Assembly: GCA_045586685.1 (NCBI GenBank)
Contig: JAZNAU010000002.1
Coordinates: 1-64,000 of the forward strand
Length of the DNA: 64,000 nt
Direction: 5' to 3'
DNA from: Clostridia bacterium
GTDB taxonomy: Bacteria > Bacillota > Clostridia > HGM11514
In this document: positions 29,987 to 40,156 of the stretch, in pieces
How positions within the stretch are numbered: the first letter of the stretch is position 1
Layout: every line of letters starts with the position of its first letter
Program-made: the position numbers and the translations under genes
Notes under the pieces: model-generated
Told to the model about the DNA's origin: nothing
The model's database searches: none
The model's input: the letters and a program-made list of their open reading frames with translations, nothing else

Positions 29987-31014
29987 CAGCCTTCACTTCC
30001 TTCCTCTTCCAGTTTCCGTCTTCTCAACTGACCGCAGGAAGCATTGATATCGCTCCCCAGCTCCCGCCGAACCGTTGCGGTTACCGGTGCCAGTTGTCGG
30101 CAAAACGCCTCTCCCCGTTCGCTTCGCTCAAAATTGGTTTCTTTAATGGGGTTTACAGGAATCACGTTCACATGGCAAAGCATTCCCCGAAGCAATTTGG
30201 AAAGTTGCTTTGCATCCTGAGGCGTATCATTCACTCCTTTAATCAGAGCATATTCAAAAATCATTCGTCTGCCCGTTTTTTCCGTATACCGCTTGCAAGC
30301 GGCAAGCAAGGTTTCAATGGGATATTTTTTGTTAATGGGCATCATGGCAGTTCTCTTGTCATCAAATGCCGCATGAAGCGAGACACAAAGGGTAATCCCT
30401 AAATTCTCTTCTGCCAATCGGTCAATTCCGTTGACCCAGCCGCAAGTCGACAAAGAAATATGCCGTTGCCCAATGTTCATCCCTTCGGGTCTGTTCACCA
30501 GACGAATAAACTTGACTACATTTTCATAATTATCCATGGGTTCCCCGATTCCCATCAGCACAATGTTGCTGATTTTATGCCCCGAGTCTGCCGATACCAA
30601 CGCCACCTGAGCCAGCATTTCGCCCGACGATAAGCGTCGTACCAATCCACCTAAGGTAGAAGCACAAAAAGCACAGCCCATTGCACAACCCACCTCGGTA
30701 GAAATACAAACCGTATATCCGTGATGATAACTCATGAGCACTGTTTCAATCAGGTTCCCATCTTCTAATTGTATCAGATATTTCACCGTTTCGTCAATAG
30801 ATGACGCAAATTTTTCACAAATTTTTGCGCCTAAAGGACTTGCCAATTCCTTTAAACGGTCCTGTAAAGCCTTTGGAAAGTTGGTCATTTGTTCAAATTC
30901 CGTTACTCCTTTGGCAATCCAGCCAAAGGCTTGCTTTGCCCGAAATTTAGGTTCCCCCAGAGAAACAAAATAATCCTCCAGCTCCTCGGGAGTCAAATCT
31001 GCTAAATTATCCAT
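29986..31014 (-). CDS. rlmN: Radical-SAM RNA methyltransferase RlmN
   Basis: CAMGCAFC, MGIGEP, DINASCGQL. Confidence 0.95.
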   Translation of the reverse strand: MDNLADLTPEELEDYFVSLGEPKFRAKQAFGWIAKGVTEFEQMTNFPKALQDRLKELASPLGAKICEKFASSIDETVKYLIQLEDGNLIETVLMSYHHGYTVCISTEVGCAMGCAFCASTLGGLVRRLSSGEMLAQVALVSADSGHKISNIVLMGIGEPMDNYENVVKFIRLVNRPEGMNIGQRHISLSTCGWVNGIDRLAEENLGITLCVSLHAAFDDKRTAMMPINKKYPIETLLAACKRYTEKTGRRMIFEYALIKGVNDTPQDAKQLSKLLRGMLCHVNVIPVNPIKETNFERSERGEAFCRQLAPVTATVRRELGSDINASCGQLRRRKLEEEGSEG

Positions 31015-32284
31015 TGCTTTCCTCCGTGCTCTTTTTCAATTTTGCAATAAAAAATCCCCCCATACCATCACGGTGAGGTAATAAATTTTTCATTCCTACG
31101 GTTTCATCCAAGAAAAATTCCTTATGTTTGTCCAAAAATTTACTTACCATGGTTTCATTTTCCGCTTTATTTAACGTACAGGTACAATACAATAAACTGC
31201 CCCCCCGCTTTACATATGCACCGGCATTGTTTAACAGCTGTTCCTGAACGGGGAGTAAGTCCTTGATACGGTCCGGATCCTGCCATTTTAACTCCGGTTT
31301 TCTGCCAATCACACCCAATCCGGAGCAGGGAGCATCCAGCACCACTACATCAAAATATTCAAAATAGTGTTCATCATAGACACAAGAATCACGACATTCC
31401 GTTTTGGCTATGGTCACATCCATCCGCATAAGATTTTTCCGCAAAAGCTCTGTTCTGTGAGGATGAAGCTCCCATGCTGTTACTTCTCCTTCATGCTCCA
31501 TCAGTTCTGCCAAGTACATGGTCTTTCCGCCGGGAGCTGCACACATATCGCAAACCTTCATCCCCCTCTTGACACCTGCTGCACGGCAAGCCGCCATGGA
31601 GGATGGCTGCATCACGGTAATCCGACCTTCCCGCCAAGCCGAAAGGGATTCCACATTGCATCCTTTGGGGAGCAAAAATTCATTTGGGAAAGCAGAAGGA
31701 ATCAAATCGGGGATTTCTTGTTGCAGTTGTTCCAAAGTCGTCTTTTTTAAGTTGACCCGAACATAGCTTTGAGGATACTCACAAAAGGCAGATAGCAACG
31801 CCTCTAATTCCGACTCCCCAAACTGTTTTTTCCATTTTTTTACCAACCACAGAGGAACGGAATACCGAATGCTAAGATAAGTATCCTGTTCCTCTCTTAA
31901 TGGAAGTTTCTCTCCCTGTTCTGCTATTTTACGAAGAACACCATTACAGCACCCCGCACCTCTCGGTACAATCTTTTTTGCCAGTTTCACCGTTTCATTC
32001 ACCGCAGCCGAAGGAGGAATTTTATCCATTCGGCAAAGCTGATATGTCCCCATTCGCAAAAGCCGCAACAGGGAGAGGGGCGTTTTTTTTAAATCGCAAA
32101 ACCTTCCGATTTGATAGTCCAAAAAAATTCGTTCCCGCGTTACACCATATAGTAACGCTGTAATCAGACCCTTGTCCTTGGGGTTTGCCGTTTGCAACAA
32201 GTCCTTTACCACCAGATTGGAAAAGCCGCCCTTTTCCTCAATCTGTGTTAAACCTTGATACGCAAGCTCCCGTCCTGTTATCAA
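31007..32284 (-). CDS. rsmB: 16S rRNA m5C967 methyltransferase
   Basis: NusB-like N-domain, DMCAAPGGK, DAPCSG, YCTCT. Confidence 0.93.
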   Translation of the reverse strand: MITGRELAYQGLTQIEEKGGFSNLVVKDLLQTANPKDKGLITALLYGVTRERIFLDYQIGRFCDLKKTPLSLLRLLRMGTYQLCRMDKIPPSAAVNETVKLAKKIVPRGAGCCNGVLRKIAEQGEKLPLREEQDTYLSIRYSVPLWLVKKWKKQFGESELEALLSAFCEYPQSYVRVNLKKTTLEQLQQEIPDLIPSAFPNEFLLPKGCNVESLSAWREGRITVMQPSSMAACRAAGVKRGMKVCDMCAAPGGKTMYLAELMEHEGEVTAWELHPHRTELLRKNLMRMDVTIAKTECRDSCVYDEHYFEYFDVVVLDAPCSGLGVIGRKPELKWQDPDRIKDLLPVQEQLLNNAGAYVKRGGSLLYCTCTLNKAENETMVSKFLDKHKEFFLDETVGMKNLLPHRDGMGGFFIAKLKKSTEESNG

Positions 32285-32970
32285 TCCCGTCTTCCCCGCA
32301 TGGATAAAAGACGTAACAACTGAGCCAAAGACATGGCGGCGGCCGCCACATAAGTCATTGCTGCAGCACCTAATACTTTTTTTGCTCCGCGTACCTCTTC
32401 ATCCTCTAAAATATAATCACTTTCCAAAATAGCAATGGCACGGCGGGATGCATTAAACTCCACCGGCAAAGTAATAATCTGAAACAATACCGCTGCCGAG
32501 AAAAACCAGATACCAATATCCATCATAAATCCGCTGTTAAAAAACAATCCAAAAAGAAATAAAGGGATTGCTGCCTGACTGGCAATGTTTACAACCGGTA
32601 CAATGGAATTTCTTATTTTAATGGGAGCATACCCGGTGGCATGCTGAATGGCATGCCCTACCTCGTGTGCCGCAACACCAATTGCCGCAACAGAGGTACT
32701 GGTACAAGTTGTATCTGACAAATTTACAATGTTGGTTTTAGGGTTGAAATGATCGGTCAGATTTCCTCTGACACGCCCCAACTGTACATGATAAAGACCG
32801 TTTCTGTCCAAAATCATTCTTGCCACCTGCTCCGCCGTCATCCCCCGGCGGCTGTGTACCTTCCCGTATTTTGCATAGGTAGAAGATACGTTAAACTGTG
32901 CCCAAAAGGTCAAAATCAATGCAGGCAATACAAACATAATATAACCGCTGTCAATCCACCACATTTTCAA
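32281..32970 (-). CDS. Membrane zinc metallopeptidase (YugP-like)
   Basis: GNLTDHF.P, AAHEVGHAIQH, TLPVEFNAS. Confidence 0.92.
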   Translation of the reverse strand: MKMWWIDSGYIMFVLPALILTFWAQFNVSSTYAKYGKVHSRRGMTAEQVARMILDRNGLYHVQLGRVRGNLTDHFNPKTNIVNLSDTTCTSTSVAAIGVAAHEVGHAIQHATGYAPIKIRNSIVPVVNIASQAAIPLFLFGLFFNSGFMMDIGIWFFSAAVLFQIITLPVEFNASRRAIAILESDYILEDEEVRGAKKVLGAAAMTYVAAAAMSLAQLLRLLSMRGRRD

Positions 32971-32988
32971 ATCTCCTTATTATATCTA

Positions 32989-33906
32989 TTATTTTAACCG
33001 TTCCCCTGTTTGAAAACTATTTCCCCGCATGAAATCATGAATACTCATCATTTTCTTGCCTTCGGGCTTAATTTGTTCCAGATAAACCACGCCGTCACTG
33101 CAACCAACGGGAAGTCCCTTTTGTTTATCATACTCTCCGATTTCCCCCGATGGTAAGCTTCCGTCACCGAAGGTTGCATCGCCCACCTTAATTGTTTTTC
33201 CCTGATACAGGAAAAAGCTTAAGGGCATAGGGGATAACCCTCGAATTTGATTGCAAATTTCTCTACCGGTTTTGTTCCAGTCAATTTGACAGGTTTCCTT
33301 GGTTATCATGGGAGCATAAGTAAACTGACTGTGGTCCTGAGGAACGGGAACCAAAGAGTCAATTTGCTCCACCGTTTCCGCCAAGGCTAATGCCCCCAGT
33401 ACGCTTAATTTATCGTGAATACTTCCCCCTGTATCCTCGGGTGTAATGGGAATTTCCTTTTTAATCAGCATATCTCCCGTATCCAGACCTTCATCCATCT
33501 GCATCGTAGTGACACCCGTGACCAAATCCCCCGCCATAACACACCACTGCAAGGGTGCTGCACCTCTCCACTTGGGCAAAAGGGAGGCGTGAACATTGAT
33601 ACAGCCATATTTGGGATACTTTAAAATATAGGAAGGTAAAATTTTCCCGTATGCAACCACCACAATCAAATCAGGATTCAATTCCTGTAATTGAGGATAA
33701 AAGGCTTCATTTTTCAGTGTTTGAGGCTGAAAAATCGGAATATTTTGTTCTAACGCAAACTCTTTTACGGGAGGCGGCATCATTTTATGCCCCCGACCCT
33801 TTGGTTTATCAGGCTGAGTGACCACACCGCAAACTTTCGTGTGCTCTGTCAACCACCTAAGGCACTCTAAAGAAAAATCAGGCGTACCCATAAACAAAAC
33901 CTTCAT
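32989..33906 (-). CDS. fmt: Methionyl-tRNA formyltransferase
   Basis: FMGTPDF, NVHASLLP.WRGAAP. Confidence 0.97.
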   Translation of the reverse strand: MKVLFMGTPDFSLECLRWLTEHTKVCGVVTQPDKPKGRGHKMMPPPVKEFALEQNIPIFQPQTLKNEAFYPQLQELNPDLIVVVAYGKILPSYILKYPKYGCINVHASLLPKWRGAAPLQWCVMAGDLVTGVTTMQMDEGLDTGDMLIKKEIPITPEDTGGSIHDKLSVLGALALAETVEQIDSLVPVPQDHSQFTYAPMITKETCQIDWNKTGREICNQIRGLSPMPLSFFLYQGKTIKVGDATFGDGSLPSGEIGEYDKQKGLPVGCSDGVVYLEQIKPEGKKMMSIHDFMRGNSFQTGERLK

Positions 33907-33918
33907 AGTCTATCTCCT

Positions 33919-34374
33919 TTAGTAGTGAATTTCTCCCTGCACATGAGTGGTATACATCACCCCATCCAGATGATCAATCTCATGGCAAAAAGCACGGGCT
34001 AATAAGTCCTTTCCCGCAATCTGAAACTCTTTTCCGTTTCTGTCCTGAGCGGCAACAGTAACCGCTTTGGGACGCTCCACCAGACCTGCTGCACCGGGAA
34101 GGCTTAAGCAACCCTCGTCTGTGGTTTCTGTTTCTTTGGAACGGGCGATGATTTTGGGATTGACCAGTTCAATTTTTCCTTCTCCAATATCAATCACCGC
34201 TACCCGACGTAAAATACCTACCTGAGGAGCAGCCAACCCAACGCCGTTCCCCTCCTTCATAGTATCATACATATCATCTAATAATGTCCAAAGCCGTTGG
34301 TCAAAATCGGTGACCTCACGGCATTTTTTTGTCAGCACTTCATCCGGTACTGTGCGAATTGTTCTGATTGCCAT
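33919..34374 (-). CDS. def: Peptide deformylase
   Basis: GVGLAAPQVG, EGCLS, HEIDHLDG. Confidence 0.97.
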   Translation of the reverse strand: MAIRTIRTVPDEVLTKKCREVTDFDQRLWTLLDDMYDTMKEGNGVGLAAPQVGILRRVAVIDIGEGKIELVNPKIIARSKETETTDEGCLSLPGAAGLVERPKAVTVAAQDRNGKEFQIAGKDLLARAFCHEIDHLDGVMYTTHVQGEIHY

Positions 34375-34388
34375 TTTACATTTCCTTT

Positions 34389-36800
34389 CTATCTGTAAAT
34401 CGACAGGTATGTTTTTGTTTTTTGCTGATGCTTACTGTGTCGGTCGTAAATCTGCCACAAAAGATGACTCACATCTTCACGGCATTTCATAATAATCTGC
34501 CATCGGTAATACCGATTGATTCTTGCCACACCGCAAGGAACGGGATTTAACACCATCTCCACTCCGGAGGGCAAACCGCCATCCGTTAAACTGCGATATA
34601 ACTGATATGCCTCTTTCTTTACTCCGCTGTCCGAAAGACCGGTCAGCATTAAGGTAATCAAAGACAGAAAAGGGGGATAGCCCAGCTGTTTTCTCATACG
34701 GATTTCTGATTTATAAAAAGCAGGATAATCCTGATCGGATGCCATCTGAATACAAGGATGCTCCGGCTGATAGGTTTGCACAATGGCTCTGCCCTTTTCA
34801 TCTCCTCTTCCTGCCCGACCAAACACTTGGGTCAGACGGCTGAAGGTTTCTTCATATGCATCATAGCGCTCGCCGTTCAACATCATATCCGCTGCAAGCA
34901 CCCCTACCAAGGTTACATTTGGAAAATCCAGTCCTTTTGTTACCATTTGAGTCCCCAACAAAATATCCGCTTCGCCATTTGCAAAGCTTGCCAGCATTTT
35001 TTGATGGGAGGACTTTTTCGCTGTGGTATCCTGATCCATTCGTAACACCCTTGCAGAAGGAAAATACTTCGCGATTTCTTCTTCTGCCCGCTGGGTTCCC
35101 AATCCGAACAGTTTCACATAAGGGCTGCCGCATTGGGGACATTTTCTGGAAACAGGCTGCATATAACCGCAGTAATGGCATAATAACCTGTGGGTATGCG
35201 AATGATATTTTAATGAGATAGAGCAATTCGGGCATTCAAAGGTATATCCGCAACTGCGGCATGATACAAAGGTAGAATGACCCCGACGGTTCACAAACAA
35301 AATCGTCTGTTCCCCACGCTCCAGATTCCTTTTGATTTCAGTTGCCATGCGATTGGAGAAAATGGTGGTGTTCCCGTTTTTCAGTTCCTCCCGCATATCC
35401 TCTACCAGCACTTGGGGCAGGGCATGATGATTATATCGGTTTCTCATATAGAACACCCGTCCCCGCAGACGGTAAACATCCTGTACTCTGGGGGTAGCAG
35501 ACGCCTGAAGCAAGACGGCTCCTGTCTGCTTGATTCGAAACAAAGCCACCTCTCTTGCATCATAACGGGGGGATTGCTCCGATACATACGTATCTTCATT
35601 TTGCTCATCAATAATAATGGCACCCAAATGTTTCACGGGTGCAAATACGGCGGAGCGGGCACCAACCACAACCTTCGCCTCTCCACGACGGATTTTTTCC
35701 CAAGAATCAAACCGTTCTCCTAAGGAAAGTCCGCTGTGGAGTACCGCAACTTCATCCGGAAACCGTGCACAGAACCGACGAATGGTCTGAGGGGTCAGAG
35801 AAATTTCCGGGACTAGCATAATGGCTTGCTTTCCTTCCTCAATCACCCGTTCTATCAGCTGTAAATACACTTCTGTTTTTCCGCTTCCCGTAACACCGCA
35901 AAGGAGGTATTCCCCCTCCCTTCCTATTTGCTCTAACACCGACTTTTGTTCAGCAGTTAATTTCTTGGGAGCATCCTGCTCTGTGAAAACAGGGGCATTG
36001 CGGTCTATTACACGGGTTTCCAAGGTCACAAAACCCTTCTCCACCAAGGCATTTAGCGAACTTCTTCCCGCATCTGCGCTATCAAGCAGTTGAGAAACCT
36101 CCAGTTCCTCCTCCGCCTCCAGCAACTCTAAAATTCTTGCTCTGACAGGAGCTTTGGCTCCGTTTTCGCTTAAATAAACGGAAATTAACTCCGACTCGGC
36201 ACAAAGAGATGCCACCGTTTGGGTTTTTTCTCTTGTGGAAAGTAATTTTTTTCTGCTGATGGACACCAATTCTTTTTTCACTAAGGTATGGATAACGGGA
36301 CGAACGTTGGTGCCCAGTTGATGATTTAGCTCCGTCACCGTGGACACTCCTTCGTTTTCTAACAAAAACTGAATAACCGCCCACTGAACAGCACTTCGGC
36401 AGGTGCTCTGTTCCAGCACCTCCCGATTCTCTTCTTTTAGTATCACCGTTTCTTTGTATTTTAATCCTGAACCGGGAGGAAGCATTAACCGCAACGCTTC
36501 AAAATAGGTACAAAAATATCGCTCCCGAATCCAGAAGGCAAGGTTCATTGCATTTTCATCGCACAATGGCTCTTGGTCCAATATGGTTTTCACTGTTTTT
36601 AATTCTGACGGTGATTCCGGCGTAACGATTTTTACCACAAATCCTTCCGTAGGACGATTGGCATTGCCAAAAGGAACAGTCACCCTCATTCCGGGTAACA
36701 GTTCCATTGTTTCAGGAATTAAATAAGTGAAAAACTTATCAATGGCATGAACGCCTCGAGTATTCAGCGCAATCTGAGCCGCCTTCACCGCATACTCCAC
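34389..36800 (-). CDS. priA: Primosomal protein N' (replication restart helicase)
   Basis: GVTGSGKTEVY, SATP, eight-Cys Zn region, GRAGR; motif II atypical (DEQN). Confidence 0.95.
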   Translation of the reverse strand: MEYAVKAAQIALNTRGVHAIDKFFTYLIPETMELLPGMRVTVPFGNANRPTEGFVVKIVTPESPSELKTVKTILDQEPLCDENAMNLAFWIRERYFCTYFEALRLMLPPGSGLKYKETVILKEENREVLEQSTCRSAVQWAVIQFLLENEGVSTVTELNHQLGTNVRPVIHTLVKKELVSISRKKLLSTREKTQTVASLCAESELISVYLSENGAKAPVRARILELLEAEEELEVSQLLDSADAGRSSLNALVEKGFVTLETRVIDRNAPVFTEQDAPKKLTAEQKSVLEQIGREGEYLLCGVTGSGKTEVYLQLIERVIEEGKQAIMLVPEISLTPQTIRRFCARFPDEVAVLHSGLSLGERFDSWEKIRRGEAKVVVGARSAVFAPVKHLGAIIIDEQNEDTYVSEQSPRYDAREVALFRIKQTGAVLLQASATPRVQDVYRLRGRVFYMRNRYNHHALPQVLVEDMREELKNGNTTIFSNRMATEIKRNLERGEQTILFVNRRGHSTFVSCRSCGYTFECPNCSISLKYHSHTHRLLCHYCGYMQPVSRKCPQCGSPYVKLFGLGTQRAEEEIAKYFPSARVLRMDQDTTAKKSSHQKMLASFANGEADILLGTQMVTKGLDFPNVTLVGVLAADMMLNGERYDAYEETFSRLTQVFGRAGRGDEKGRAIVQTYQPEHPCIQMASDQDYPAFYKSEIRMRKQLGYPPFLSLITLMLTGLSDSGVKKEAYQLYRSLTDGGLPSGVEMVLNPVPCGVARINRYYRWQIIMKCREDVSHLLWQIYDRHSKHQQKTKTYLSIYR

Positions 36801-37975
36801 TCCTTTGCCATGGTCAGAATTTCATCTGCCAAAGCACTTTTTGACAGTTTCGGAAACGGTTTTACAGAACCGTCTTTGGAAAATACGGTCACAACGTTGG
36901 TGTCCGTTCCAAAACCGGCTCCCTCTGTTTTGAGGTTGTTTGCCACAATCATATGAAGACCTTTTCGTTCCAATTTTTCTTTGGCTCGCTTTTCTAACTC
37001 TTCCGTTTCCATTGCAAACCCTACCAATACAGCAGAAAGATTCATTTGTCCTAACTCCTGTAAAATATCAGGATTTTTCTCTAACTGTATGTCAGGAAGC
37101 TGGTTTTTCTTCAACTTTTGGTCAGCCACATGGGCAGGACGAAAATCCGCCACTGCGGCACTTTTGATAATCACATCCATTTGCGGGGCGTGTTTTATCA
37201 CAGCATCCCTCATTTGACAGGCAGATTCTACCCATTCCGCCTGTACCCCGTAAGGAACAGGCAAGGAAACAGGCCCCGAAACCAAGGTCACCTTTGCTCC
37301 CCGTCTGACAGCCGCCTGTGCAATGGCATATCCCATTTTTCCGGTAGAATGATTGGTAAGAAACCGCACCGGATCCACTGCCTCCCGAGTGGGTCCTGCC
37401 GTCACCAGCACCGATTTGCCCGCCAAATCCTGAGGCGTGCAAAGACGGATAATATCCTCAAAAATCCGTTCCGTTTCTGCAAGCCGTCCCCGACCTGTGT
37501 CACCACAGGCAAGAAAGCCTTCATCCGGCATGGTGAAATGATACCCCAGCTCTGAAAGCTGATTTATATTTCTTTGAGTAATGGGATTTTCAAACATATT
37601 GGTATTCATAGCAGGGGCAATGAGCACAGGTGCTTTTGTTGCCATGACAGTAGTGGTCACAAAATCATCAGCAATCCCTGCATTGATTTTTCCGATCATA
37701 TTGGCAGTAGCAGGCACCAACACAAGAACATCTGCCCGCTTTGCCCAGGAGATATGCTCTACCTCCCAGTCCTGATGCCGGTCAAACATTCCGCACACGA
37801 CCCTTTGCCCTGATAAGGTGCTTAAGGTCAGAGGTGTAATAAATTCCTGTGCCGCCTCCGTCATCATACAAAAACAATCTGCGCCCGCTTTTTTAAGCAT
37901 ACGAACCAAATCGCACACCTTAAAGGCCGCAATCCCTCCGCATACACCGATTACAATTTTTTTCCCCTGGAGCAT
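36785..37975 (-). CDS. coaBC: Phosphopantothenoylcysteine decarboxylase/ligase
   Basis: GGIAAFK, PAMNTNM, LACGDTG.GR, TAGPTRE.DPVR, AAVADF. Confidence 0.96.
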   Translation of the reverse strand: MLQGKKIVIGVCGGIAAFKVCDLVRMLKKAGADCFCMMTEAAQEFITPLTLSTLSGQRVVCGMFDRHQDWEVEHISWAKRADVLVLVPATANMIGKINAGIADDFVTTTVMATKAPVLIAPAMNTNMFENPITQRNINQLSELGYHFTMPDEGFLACGDTGRGRLAETERIFEDIIRLCTPQDLAGKSVLVTAGPTREAVDPVRFLTNHSTGKMGYAIAQAAVRRGAKVTLVSGPVSLPVPYGVQAEWVESACQMRDAVIKHAPQMDVIIKSAAVADFRPAHVADQKLKKNQLPDIQLEKNPDILQELGQMNLSAVLVGFAMETEELEKRAKEKLERKGLHMIVANNLKTEGAGFGTDTNVVTVFSKDGSVKPFPKLSKSALADEILTMAKEWSMR

Positions 37976-37979
37976 ATTC

Positions 37980-38243
37980 TCACTCCTCCGTTGCTTCCTC
38001 CGCAATTTCTTCGGTCACGTCCGATTCTTCTGCATCTTCAGAAGCTTTTATCACTTTTATTTTATCATAATATAATTCATAAACCGCTTCAGTTACTTCC
38101 TTTTTGCTGTCGCATGCGACCAAAACCTCTGCTCCGTGAGACAGCTCTCTGGCTCTCTTTGCAACGGCAATGACAAGAGAATAGCGGCTGTCTGCCCGTT
38201 TCATCAATTCTCCGATAGGAGGGTACATCATCATACTTATCAC
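37980..38243 (-). CDS. rpoZ: RNA polymerase omega subunit
   Basis: DSRYSLVIAVAKRAREL; position between gmk and coaBC. Confidence 0.93.
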   Translation of the reverse strand: MISMMMYPPIGELMKRADSRYSLVIAVAKRARELSHGAEVLVACDSKKEVTEAVYELYYDKIKVIKASEDAEESDVTEEIAEEATEE

Positions 38244-38263
38244 TTATCCTTTCGCTGTTCATT

Positions 38264-38875
38264 TTATTCATGTATCTTCCAAATTTGTTCCAAATCTTCC
38301 ATTTTTCTCGGACGGCTCATTTTTTGGGCACGGACAATCCGTTCCAAATTATCAACCGCTTCTCCCAAATCATCATTTTCCAAAATATAATCGTAATGGT
38401 TCATAAGAGGCAGTTCTTCCAGTGCTCGGGTCAGCCGTTTTTGCACCACTTCTTCCGTTTCGGTATTCCGACCTCTGAGACGGTCAGCCAAAACTTCGGG
38501 AGCGGGAGGCAGAACAAATACATAAATCCCGCCTTCAAACCGGCTTTGTACATTCAATGCACCCTGAACCTCAATTTCCAGAATCACATCTCTGCCCTCT
38601 TGTAATGCCTGTTCTACATATTTTTTCGGCGTACCGTAAAAATTCTCACAATACTGCGCCCATTCCAACAATTCATTATTCTGAATCATCTCTTCAAATT
38701 CCTCTTTTGAATAGAAGAAATAGTGAACACCGTCCTGCTCTCCCGGGCGGGGCTTTCTGGTGGTAGCGGAAACTGACAAAAACACGTCCGGATGTCGCTT
38801 ACAGTATTCCGCACAAATGGTTCCCTTTCCGGCACCAGACGGACCGGAAACGACAATTAAAAGACCTTTACTCAT
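38264..38875 (-). CDS. gmk: Guanylate kinase
   Basis: [21 protein letters not shown]. Confidence 0.97.
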   Translation of the reverse strand: MSKGLLIVVSGPSGAGKGTICAEYCKRHPDVFLSVSATTRKPRPGEQDGVHYFFYSKEEFEEMIQNNELLEWAQYCENFYGTPKKYVEQALQEGRDVILEIEVQGALNVQSRFEGGIYVFVLPPAPEVLADRLRGRNTETEEVVQKRLTRALEELPLMNHYDYILENDDLGEAVDNLERIVRAQKMSRPRKMEDLEQIWKIHE

Positions 38876-39143
38876 CTTCCTCCAGCTCCTCTTCAAGCAT
38901 CAATTCTTCCTTGGAGGACAGGCGGTTTGCAACCGTTTCCGGCTGTACTGCAGATAAAATAACGTGGTCACTGTCCATCACAATCACCGCTCTGGTTCTT
39001 CTTCCGTATGTAGCATCAATTAAGGTTCCCCGTTCTCTGGCTTCCTGCACCATTCGCTTAATGGGAGCAGATTCCGGACTGACAATCGCCACAAGACGGC
39101 TTGCAGAAACCATATTACCGAATCCGATGTTAATTAACTTCAT
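38868..39143 (-). CDS. remA: Extracellular matrix regulator RemA (DUF370)
   Basis: [10 protein letters not shown]...SAPIKR...[10 protein letters not shown]. Confidence 0.95.
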   Translation of the reverse strand: MKLINIGFGNMVSASRLVAIVSPESAPIKRMVQEARERGTLIDATYGRRTRAVIVMDSDHVILSAVQPETVANRLSSKEELMLEEELEEDE

Positions 39144-39154
39144 ATGTAAAACTC

Positions 39155-40033
39155 CTATTCAATATTCTGAATCTGTTCTCTGATTTTTTCAAACTCACTT
39201 TTCACATCTATCACAATTTTGGAAATTTCAAGATTGTTTGCCTTAGACCCAATGGTATTGATTTCCCGATTCATTTCCTGCATAATAAAATCCAGCTTCT
39301 TTCCCACTGCACCGCCTGTATGCAAGGTATCGGAAAAGCTTTGCATATGGCTGTCCAAACGAACCAATTCTTCATCTATGGCTGTTTTTTCCGAGAAAAT
39401 TGCAACTTCCGTTAACAACCTCTGAGGATCGGGTTCTGCTGCAGCTAACGCATCTTCAATTTTCTGGCGAAGACGCTTTTCATACTGCTCTGTTGCCTCC
39501 GGTTCACGGCGTTTGATTTCCGCAACCAATTCCTTGACCCCTGACAGCTTTTCTTCCAAATCGGCTTTTAGGCATTCTCCTTCTGTTTGACGCATCTTCA
39601 AAAATCCTTCCAACATCTGTTCCAAACAGGAGGACAGTAATTTCCATACCTTTTCTTCGTCCTCTTCCGATTCCTCCGAAACAAACAGTTCAGGATTTCT
39701 TGCCGCCACACCCAACGACACCTCTCCTGCAAGAGAAAAGGTTTCTTTTAATTTTGTCAATGCTGCAATATAGCTTTGGGCATACCCTTCGTTTAGCAAA
39801 ACCTGTTTTCCGTCACCATCCTGCCGTTCAATGCTGATAAACAAATCTGCTTTCCCTCGGTTTAAATATTGTTTAATCAGGTCACGCACCTTGTCCTCCA
39901 GATAGGAATAAAATCGAGGCAAGCGAACGGATAAATCCAGATACCGATGATTGACGCTTTTCAGCTCTGTACGAATCCGAAACCCATCCGCCTCCTGCTC
40001 CCAACGGCTAAAACCCGTCATGCTTTTTATCAT
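39155..40033 (-). CDS. yloC: YicC/YloC family endoribonuclease
   Basis: [35 protein letters not shown]. Confidence 0.95.
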   Translation of the reverse strand: MIKSMTGFSRWEQEADGFRIRTELKSVNHRYLDLSVRLPRFYSYLEDKVRDLIKQYLNRGKADLFISIERQDGDGKQVLLNEGYAQSYIAALTKLKETFSLAGEVSLGVAARNPELFVSEESEEDEEKVWKLLSSCLEQMLEGFLKMRQTEGECLKADLEEKLSGVKELVAEIKRREPEATEQYEKRLRQKIEDALAAAEPDPQRLLTEVAIFSEKTAIDEELVRLDSHMQSFSDTLHTGGAVGKKLDFIMQEMNREINTIGSKANNLEISKIVIDVKSEFEKIREQIQNIE

Positions 40034-40156
40034 GGCAAACTTCTCCTATTCTAATGGTATATATACTATTGTACATCAAATGATTTCTTTTTGTCAATAA
40101 AATTTGCTTTTTTCGTTAAAATAATGTATAATAATAGAAGAATGGAGGCTAAAATT

